Sequence record: OR757453.1
Origin: Escherichia phage BYEP01
Strand: one strand, 5' to 3'
Length of the DNA stretch: 64,000 bases
Positions 49,025-64,000 of the stretch are shown here, piece by piece (positions within the stretch are counted from its first letter, which is position 1; the number at the start of each line of letters is the position of its first letter). A model generated the notes under the pieces. That model did not search any database and was not told the DNA's origin. It worked only from the letters and a program-made list of their open reading frames with translations. Made by a program: the position numbers and the translations under genes.

Positions 49025-49449
49025 TAGCTTAATCCTAATGCTTTACGGCGTTTAAGAGCTTTTTTACGCTTACGCTGAGCACGAGATTGACCTGCTGGAT
49101 TGGCAATCTTCGTTTTGGTAGCTTTGCGAGCAATTTGTCTACGTTTTGCTTTAGACAGCCCAGTGGTTTGAAATGCATTACGTTCGCGTGTTTTGCGATC
49201 TTTAGTACGTGTAATTTCACCACGAGCTGAAACGTGCTTAACAATGAATTCATTTAACGGCATGTTTTCATTAATAGAAGCTAATGCAACTGCTAAATCA
49301 GTTTCATCATCAAGCATATTCTCGACAATTGTATTTATATCGTCTTTATTTAAAGCAGAAGACAATTCGTCAAAGCGACCCTGTGCTTCAGGAATAAGTG
49401 CTTCGACATTCTCGAGAACTAATTCATGAGTTTCAGGGATCAGAAGCAT
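49024..49449 (-). CDS. 68: prohead core protein gp68 (141 aa)
   Basis: [49 protein letters not shown]... position and sequence match T4 gp68. Confidence 0.85.
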
Positions 49450-49696
49450 TATTCATCATCCTCGTCTTCGTCAGAGTCTTTGTCTTTTTTGTCGTCTTTA
49501 TCATCGCTATCTTCGTCATCATCCTCGTCTTCATCATCCTCATCATCAGGTTCTTCACCTTCGATTAAGAAATTACGAGCGATAGCGATTTTTTCTTCTT
49601 TAATTAAATCAATCGTTCTTGCAGCCATGGCTTCAGCAAAGAATTTACGAGCGGCTACGAGGTCGTTTGATTTAATAGCTTCAATTAAACCTTCCA

Positions 49697-49697
<1 letters not shown>
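49449..49697 (-). CDS. 67: prohead core protein gp67 (acidic, 82 aa)
   Basis: [61 protein letters not shown]...; position between 68 and 20. Confidence 0.85.
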
Positions 49698-51322
<1,625 letters not shown>

Positions 51323-51333
51323 TTAAGCAGGAT

Positions 51334-51347
51334 GGGGATTTCTCCCC
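51334..51347 (-). terminator. hairpin GGGGA-tttc-TCCCC just downstream of gene 19
   Basis: 5-bp GC stem between gene 19 stop and gene 20 promoter. Confidence 0.4.
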
Positions 51348-51354
51348 ATTCATT

Positions 51355-51846
51355 TTATTCCCAATAATCGAGAGCAAGAGTTACTTCAAATGTTTGGATT
51401 TCATTGTTTGAATCCCAATCTAATTGAAGTTCACCCACGTTAGTAGGCCACAGGCCTTTAATTTCGACTTCTTTTGTTACAGTTTTAGCGTCACGAGCAT
51501 ATTGGCGTACAATAGCACTCTTTTTATACTCTGCTGGTTTTCCACCAGTAATTTCGTTTCCTTGCCCAGCAGCAATGCTTTGCCAGTCAACAAACTTCTG
51601 GCGTGCATCATGCGCCTCATCATTCATTACTGTAATAGTCCAGTCATCGAATGTACGATCGCCTGCTACGTTAATTTTACGGTTCATAAATCCGACTGGA
51701 ATTTTTTCTACAATACCAGCTGGTAAAGCAGTGGCTTTACATTGAAACGTAAAATTTTGTCCAAGATAAGAAATTTCTACTTGGAATAAGTTAGGTCGAG
51801 CAAAATCACCAGATTCAAACGCTCGTGTTACATCATCTACAAACAT
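51355..51846 (-). CDS. 19: tail tube protein gp19 (163 aa)
   Basis: MFVDDVTRAFESGDFARPNLFQVEISYLGQNFTFQCKATALPAGIVEKIPVGFMNRKINVAGDRTFDDW... recognised as T4 gp19. Confidence 0.96.
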   Translation of the reverse strand: MFVDDVTRAFESGDFARPNLFQVEISYLGQNFTFQCKATALPAGIVEKIPVGFMNRKINVAGDRTFDDWTITVMNDEAHDARQKFVDWQSIAAGQGNEITGGKPAEYKKSAIVRQYARDAKTVTKEVEIKGLWPTNVGELQLDWDSNNEIQTFEVTLALDYWE

Positions 51847-51860
51847 ATTAGCCTCTGTAG

Positions 51861-51868
51861 TATTTATA
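51861..51868 (-). promoter_or_regulatory. late promoter TATAAATA upstream of gene 19 (second copy at 51920-51927)
   Basis: Plus-strand tatttata 15 nt upstream of gene 19 ATG; another tatttata at 51920-51927. Confidence 0.55.
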
Positions 51869-51928
51869 TCCCTATGTTTAACCTAGGGCATATAGAATTA
51901 AAGAATTAAGGATATAGTGTATTTATAT

Positions 51929-51946
51929 GGCCTGCCGAAACAGGCC
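51929..51946 (-). terminator. hairpin GGCCTG-ccgaaa-CAGGCC downstream of gene 18
   Basis: Perfect 6-bp stem between gene 18 stop and gene 19 promoters. Confidence 0.55.
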
Positions 51947-51962
51947 TTTAGAATGCACTGTA

Positions 51963-53942
51963 TTAACCTGCAAGACCAGTTAACTCATCGAAATCTGCAC
52001 CAGTAGCAGTTGCGACGAAATTAAGTTGGATATAATTTATACTGCGCGCCGGTTGGATGTAGAATGTTGCAACAAACTCATTTCTATCAATTACTGACGG
52101 AGTGTTATTTGTTGTATCGCAAACTACACGATATTCATAAATTCCACCGAGAGCTTTAATTCCCTGTAAGTACTGGGCAGTTTCTGTGCGGAATGATGAA
52201 CGGGTAAACGCGTTGTTTAATTCGAACAAACGATATTTTGAACTACGTCCGATATTCGTTTTCAACATATTAAACAGACGACGAACGTTAATACGATCAA
52301 ATGGAGAAGGAACAGAAGTAGCTGTTTTATCACCATACAATACGTAACCATCACCACCTGTACCGGTTACCGGGTTGATAGCTTCTTGGTATAAACGGTC
52401 GCGCTGCGCCTGGCGAGTTTCAATAGCAAGTTTAATAACGTTAAGAATCTGGCCACGATTATAACCAGCTGGAGACATCCAAGTCTGAGAAACGTTATCG
52501 GTTCTCGCGCATAAACCAGCAATATCAGCTGCTAATGGAACCCAACGATTCACATCATTATATTTGTCATACTGATACTTGTAGTTACCATCGATTGCTG
52601 CATAGGTTGAACTGATATTAAAGTTGTTATCAGTGTATGAACCTGCTGCAGTTCTCCAATTGACTAAGTTATCAACAGCACGAGTTACAGGAATTCCAAC
52701 TACAGTTTCACGCGGTGGTGAGCATAATACTAAGCAATCTTGGCGAGCATCACCAATTGAAACGACGTGTTTTTGGACAGTAGATGCTGTTTCTAAAGAT
52801 TCGCCAGCGCAAGAACCCGCAATAAACAACTGAACGTCAACAGATTCACGGTCAGCAAAGAAGTCCCAAGCTTCCATCAAATCTCCTGCTGTTACTTCAG
52901 CATTTGATGATAATCCGCCAGACAGAGTTAAAATTCCAGAGAAGCCTTCTGGCCAGTTTTGTGCAGTTGCGAAAATATATTCTGAACCACCTTTTGCGAA
53001 AAAGTCATCAATATAGATGTTACTATCGTAAATATCTTTTTCACCACGCTTTGTTGAAAGAACAACGCTTTGAACAATAGCATCATTGCGACGAACTATA
53101 ATAGCATATTGTGAATCAGTTTGTGGTCCATATCCAAACACTGCTTTTGCAGTAGATGCGCGTGTGCCACCGCCTGGATAAATTGGAAGTAATGCAGAAG
53201 CACCTTTTGCGTAGTCAGCTTTAGATACGATTTCAATTTCAATTTTATCGCCCAACTCGCCTGGATAAAGAGCTACTACTCCTGGAATTCCATATTTTTC
53301 GAGATTTGCTTGAAATTCAACCGCTGTCATAGCAGCTTCGGCATTTTCAATTTCAGCTAATAAAATACCAGAATCAGTAATAATTTTTCCAAGAGTTATT
53401 ACTGCAGCTAAACCAGAGGAAGACGAAGAAATTTCCGCGGTCCAGTTAGAACCTAATGCTGGATATTCACCAACTTCTTTCGCTTTAGCGATAATTTTTG
53501 CGGTAGGAATATTAATTTTCTTAATTTTTCCATCAGCATCTACTTCGGTAATTTTACCTTCCGTTTCAATGTCTTCTGAAACATACTTAACTGTGATTTT
53601 ATCTCCAACCGCGTAGTTACTACCTGGGGTAGAAATAGTGTATTCAATATTACCGGCAATCGGAGACGAGTTTTTAGCGGTATCTCTATCGACAGCACGC
53701 ACAACTCGCAAATCATTTCCGTATTGTAAGAAATTCATTGCAGACATAAAATAGTCAGCAGTTTCAGCTGTAGGTTGACCAAAAGTATTAACTAAATCTA
53801 CTTCATTTGTAACCTGTTTAATTTGAAAAGCAGGACCCCACTGGAATTTACCGGCCAAAGCTGCTGTACCAGTAGAGTTATTAACCACGGTGCTTTGAAC
53901 CGTAGTTTCTTTGAGCTCAATGCCCGGAGATAATAAAGTCAT
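51963..53942 (-). CDS. 18: contractile tail sheath protein gp18 (659 aa)
   Basis: MTLLSPGIELKETTVQSTVVNNSTGTAALAGKFQWGPAFQIKQVTNEVDLVNTFGQPTAETADYFMSAMNFLQYGNDLRVVR... recognised as T4 gp18. Confidence 0.97.
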   Translation of the reverse strand: MTLLSPGIELKETTVQSTVVNNSTGTAALAGKFQWGPAFQIKQVTNEVDLVNTFGQPTAETADYFMSAMNFLQYGNDLRVVRAVDRDTAKNSSPIAGNIEYTISTPGSNYAVGDKITVKYVSEDIETEGKITEVDADGKIKKINIPTAKIIAKAKEVGEYPALGSNWTAEISSSSSGLAAVITLGKIITDSGILLAEIENAEAAMTAVEFQANLEKYGIPGVVALYPGELGDKIEIEIVSKADYAKGASALLPIYPGGGTRASTAKAVFGYGPQTDSQYAIIVRRNDAIVQSVVLSTKRGEKDIYDSNIYIDDFFAKGGSEYIFATAQNWPEGFSGILTLSGGLSSNAEVTAGDLMEAWDFFADRESVDVQLFIAGSCAGESLETASTVQKHVVSIGDARQDCLVLCSPPRETVVGIPVTRAVDNLVNWRTAAGSYTDNNFNISSTYAAIDGNYKYQYDKYNDVNRWVPLAADIAGLCARTDNVSQTWMSPAGYNRGQILNVIKLAIETRQAQRDRLYQEAINPVTGTGGDGYVLYGDKTATSVPSPFDRINVRRLFNMLKTNIGRSSKYRLFELNNAFTRSSFRTETAQYLQGIKALGGIYEYRVVCDTTNNTPSVIDRNEFVATFYIQPARSINYIQLNFVATATGADFDELTGLAG

Positions 53943-53970
53943 TTTTAATCCTCTTTAATATGCTTTAATA

Positions 53971-58131
<4,161 letters not shown>

Positions 58132-58172
58132 GATTTCTCCTAATCTGGGTTTTAATTAGTTTATAATATTTA

Positions 58173-60683
<2,511 letters not shown>

Positions 60684-60696
60684 TTAAAAATCCTTT

Positions 60697-60712
60697 GGGG
60701 CCTTGCGGCCCC
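60697..60712 (-). terminator. hairpin GGGGCC-ttgc-GGCCCC between wac and gene 13
   Basis: Perfect 6-bp GC stem just downstream of wac stop. Confidence 0.5.
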
Positions 60713-60715
60713 ATG

Positions 60716-62179
60716 TTATGCTGGTGATAAAAAGGTAGAAAGTAATACCCATTCGCCGTCTTTACGAACGTAAGCTTGACCATCTTTCGGAGCTTCAGGA
60801 ATATAACCTGCTTCTTGTAGAGCTTGAACATCACCTTGCAGAGAAGATATACTGCCTTTGGCTGTATTCACTTCTTGTGTAACTGATGCAATGTTGGTTT
60901 CGTTAGTTTTTATTGAGTTGGTTAATCCACGTTCTTCGACAGTTGAACCGTTTGGATTAGTTCCATTTACTAAAGTATTTAACGCTACAACTTGCCCTTT
61001 AATTCCTGTGCTGTTATTACCAATCTCTACTTGTAGGTTTTGAACATCGTTATTCAAGTTTGAAACAGAAGTTTCAATTGTAGAAACTCGGCTTAAAAGA
61101 GACCCAGGAGGAGAAGGTTGTCCACCGCTAGAATCAGTTCCAACAATTTGGTTTAACCATGAAACATTCGCTCTTAAACCAGATGAAGTGTTTTCACCGA
61201 CGATTCCATTTAGAGCTTCGATTGAAGTTGTGTTATCTTTGATTTGGCCTTTAATACTCGAAGGAATATCATCTGAACCAATAGAAGTTTCAATAGCAGT
61301 TAAACGCTGTTTAATACCTCCACTTTGATTTAGCTCTAAATTAATAGATACAATATTATCAGTGTTTGTATTAACATTCGTGATAATCGAATTATTTTCT
61401 GGATATCCTATTGATGTCTTAATAGCACTAATGTCAGACTCAACTGTTGTCTGTTTAGTGTCAATTTCATTTAAGCGACTGTAAACGGTTTGTGAAAATG
61501 ATGGTGGTTTAGGTCCAAGTTCTTCGCGAAGATTACCAACTTCAATAGTTAAAGAACCTACATCAGATTCAATAAATTTTGTTTCTAATTCGCTTAAACG
61601 TATTCCCTGTGAAGTAATGACATCAGTATTATTAATAATGCGATGCTTCATTCCTGTGCTAGGATTTCCTACAACAGGAAGACCATTAATATCTTGGCCT
61701 GTATATTGTCCAAGTTCACGCTTTATCCACAGTAAATCATTTCTGATCGTTCTGTATACAGAGTTGGCCTCGGAGTTAAATGGACCAATATCAGCAAGAA
61801 TACTGTCAACCGTGCTATTAGTTCCATTTAATATTTCTGTATGTTCACTGGTTAACGTTTTAAGGTCAGAAATATCTTTTTTATTGATACTTATTTGTGT
61901 CAAAGCTTCAATATCACCAGATACATCTAAGATACCCTGAATTGTTTTAATATCACTATTTGCGGTTTCTAAAGATGTTTTGAGTATTCCGATGTTTTTA
62001 TCGAGAACTTCAACATTTCTTAGTACAGAAACCGTAGGTCTATTCATTGAGCCTTCACTTCCATATTGTGTATCAGCTCCTAATATTTCTTCGCCGTTTT
62101 TAATCCAGGAAATGCGGCTCTGGCCCTCTGCAGGAGGGCCGTCAACGAATGGTAAGTCATTCAGTACAATATCTGTCAT
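60716..62179 (-). CDS. wac: fibritin (whisker antigen control, 487 aa)
   Basis: [85 protein letters not shown]...[30 protein letters not shown] (foldon) recognised as T4 fibritin. Confidence 0.96.
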   Translation of the reverse strand: MTDIVLNDLPFVDGPPAEGQSRISWIKNGEEILGADTQYGSEGSMNRPTVSVLRNVEVLDKNIGILKTSLETANSDIKTIQGILDVSGDIEALTQISINKKDISDLKTLTSEHTEILNGTNSTVDSILADIGPFNSEANSVYRTIRNDLLWIKRELGQYTGQDINGLPVVGNPSTGMKHRIINNTDVITSQGIRLSELETKFIESDVGSLTIEVGNLREELGPKPPSFSQTVYSRLNEIDTKQTTVESDISAIKTSIGYPENNSIITNVNTNTDNIVSINLELNQSGGIKQRLTAIETSIGSDDIPSSIKGQIKDNTTSIEALNGIVGENTSSGLRANVSWLNQIVGTDSSGGQPSPPGSLLSRVSTIETSVSNLNNDVQNLQVEIGNNSTGIKGQVVALNTLVNGTNPNGSTVEERGLTNSIKTNETNIASVTQEVNTAKGSISSLQGDVQALQEAGYIPEAPKDGQAYVRKDGEWVLLSTFLSPA

Positions 62180-63759
62180 TCTTTTACCTTAATTATGTAG
62201 TTTAAAGAAATGTTCCATGGGCGTGTTTCATTTCCAATTAATTCAGGACGATTTAATGTGTATTTGGAATTTCGTTGTGATTCTGGGTCAATTTCATATC
62301 CGTCATTGGTGAAGTATGAACGGTTATCCCAGTCAAGTCCTTTACGTGTACCAACAAAATTTGATCTACGAGTATTACCGAATGCCCCGGCATCATCCTG
62401 CTCACCAAATCCGCCAGCGTGTTTATGATAAGACATCTGCTGTTTTTGTACTTCACCAACATATCCACCGGTACAGCCTACACCTAATCTAGGCTTACCA
62501 AATTGGTCATTACCGTTAACATTTGGATTTGTTAAGTGAGAGCCACGACCGGAGCCACGAACAAAAAGACCACGCATATCAGGTAATCCAGGATTTGATG
62601 AGCTTCCGCCGTATCTTGTTCCAATTCTAGAAGCATATAATGGACAATCTGATGCTGAAACAGTTCCGCCATGGCAGAAGCGCCAAGCATCACTAGGAAG
62701 GCTATCAGCCGCCCACATCATAATAGCTCCGACAGGAATAGTTCTATCTATTTCATTCTGCGTTACGACACGCTTACCCTGAATATAACCACCGGTCATG
62801 TTAACTGTTCCGGTAATATTTGCTCCGCCTGAAGCTATTGTGAGCGTATTATTAATGCGAAGTGTTCCATTAATCGTTTGACCACCTCTTTGATGGATAA
62901 CGTCAGCATTCCAAGCTAGTGCTGATGAAGCATCACCTCCACTCTGTGAGCCGGCGGTTGTAGTTAATTTAACTACGCCTCTCATTGACGTTGTAGAACC
63001 ACGACCATTAAGAGTTGCGCCAGTAACCGCAACAGAAGCATTATTTGAGTTAACTTCTGATTGCGTTCCTAATTTAATTACGCCTTTATATTCTTCAGTA
63101 GCAGTAGAATTCATGAACGTATAAGGAGAAATTGCATAGCCTTCTCTTAAAGTTCCTTGACGAACTTGAGCTACTGTCGCTAATTGAACAACACCTTGGG
63201 CCGATTCGGTAGCTGTGGATTCAGAAGGAGCGATTTGCGCAATTAGTTTAATAGCTAACTGCTGCGTTTTTAATGGAGTCATTGCAGTAGTATCATCTGC
63301 GCCAGCTAATGCTTGCGGTAGAGATGAAATTTTAATAACTCCATTCTTTGATTCAGTTGAAACTCGTGTTTCAAAGGCATTATTAAGGGCAACAGTAAAT
63401 TTAGCAGGAGTTATAGAAGATTCATTATTAACTCCAGCAATTGCTTCATCATTGGTTGAATATCTTGTTAATCCGTAAACAGTTTCAGTTGCGTTTGGAT
63501 AAGATAATCTTGTTGCCAACGTTGCTGGTGTAACTGCTTTGGTATTATCAGTTCCATCGATAACTTCCTGTTCAGTGGCAAGAAATAAAATTCCTTTTGT
63601 TGTTGATGATGCATCAGGAACTCCATTTACACCAGCAGGAGAAATGGCTGCTATAGCAGCCTGAACATCAGTAATCTCTGCTGGAAAATTTGTGCCAGTT
63701 GGATCAAATTTTACATAGCGAGATTCATTAGAAACGTGTTGGTATGTATTATTACTCAT
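62176..63759 (-). CDS. 12: short tail fiber protein gp12 (527 aa)
   Basis: [88 protein letters not shown]... recognised as T4 gp12. Confidence 0.96.
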   Translation of the reverse strand: MSNNTYQHVSNESRYVKFDPTGTNFPAEITDVQAAIAAISPAGVNGVPDASSTTKGILFLATEQEVIDGTDNTKAVTPATLATRLSYPNATETVYGLTRYSTNDEAIAGVNNESSITPAKFTVALNNAFETRVSTESKNGVIKISSLPQALAGADDTTAMTPLKTQQLAIKLIAQIAPSESTATESAQGVVQLATVAQVRQGTLREGYAISPYTFMNSTATEEYKGVIKLGTQSEVNSNNASVAVTGATLNGRGSTTSMRGVVKLTTTAGSQSGGDASSALAWNADVIHQRGGQTINGTLRINNTLTIASGGANITGTVNMTGGYIQGKRVVTQNEIDRTIPVGAIMMWAADSLPSDAWRFCHGGTVSASDCPLYASRIGTRYGGSSSNPGLPDMRGLFVRGSGRGSHLTNPNVNGNDQFGKPRLGVGCTGGYVGEVQKQQMSYHKHAGGFGEQDDAGAFGNTRRSNFVGTRKGLDWDNRSYFTNDGYEIDPESQRNSKYTLNRPELIGNETRPWNISLNYIIKVKE

Positions 63760-64000
63760 GCTGTTCTCTCAAAATGATAAAGTACTATTGGAGTTTGCTG
63801 ATTATCTAAAGTTACAGTTTGTGCACCAAGCAAATTCCATGTGCCATATCCAGGCTTAGATTCGGAAATAATTTCTTGGGAAATAGTTATTCCATACGTA
63901 GAATATGTGCTTAATACATGTTTTTGATTATCTAAATAAGTAACTTCTAATTTACTACCATCGGTTGGATGGTCTTTATATGAATTGATAGCAGTAAATG
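63756..64000 (-). CDS. 11: baseplate wedge / short tail fiber attachment protein gp11, partial (N-terminus beyond window end)
   Basis: Minus-strand frame open from window end to TGA (rc of 63756-63758) overlapping gene 12 ATG (ATGA); C-terminus ...[31 protein letters not shown]; position upstream of 12 as in T4. Confidence 0.75.
   Translation of the reverse strand, partial: FTAINSYKDHPTDGSKLEVTYLDNQKHVLSTYSTYGITISQEIISESKPGYGTWNLLGAQTVTLDNQQTPIVLYHFERTA

Overview
This window is a contiguous segment of a T4-like (T-even, Tequatrovirus-type) myovirus genome, reverse-complemented relative to the usual T4 map. All identifications rest on reading the sequence and recalling T4 proteins; no database search or folding program was run. 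Left to right: the 5' part of long-tail-fibre gene 34 (minus strand), then a plus-strand early/middle block (rnh, dsbA, 33, 59, 32, frd, td, nrdA, nrdB, denA, rnlA, alc, spanins, pseT, cd, 31, rIII, nine small ORFs, DNA ligase 30, alt), then the late structural block: baseplate 54-48-29-28-27-51 (minus), 26-25-uvsY (plus), uvsW (minus), inh-hoc-rnlB (plus), and 24-23-22-21-68-67-20-19-18-17-16-15-14-13-wac-12-11 (minus). The most striking feature is gene 17 (large terminase), which is broken into two ORFs by an atypically split intein (41-aa N-half, 107-aa C-half) with a free-standing endonuclease gene between the halves. Other departures from T4 as I recall it: nrdA split in two by an HNH homing-endonuclease gene; two more paralogous HNH genes inserted between 13/14 and between uvsW/uvsW.1; ORF-less group I introns in td and nrdB; an internally deleted rnlB; a Hoc missing one Ig-like domain; a decayed alt paralogue; a 68-codon ORF inserted at the frd/td overlap; gene 32 lacking an in-frame stop; and a frameshifted small ORF. 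T4's segG, segE and I-TevI appear absent at their expected positions. No tRNA, rRNA or CRISPR array was seen.
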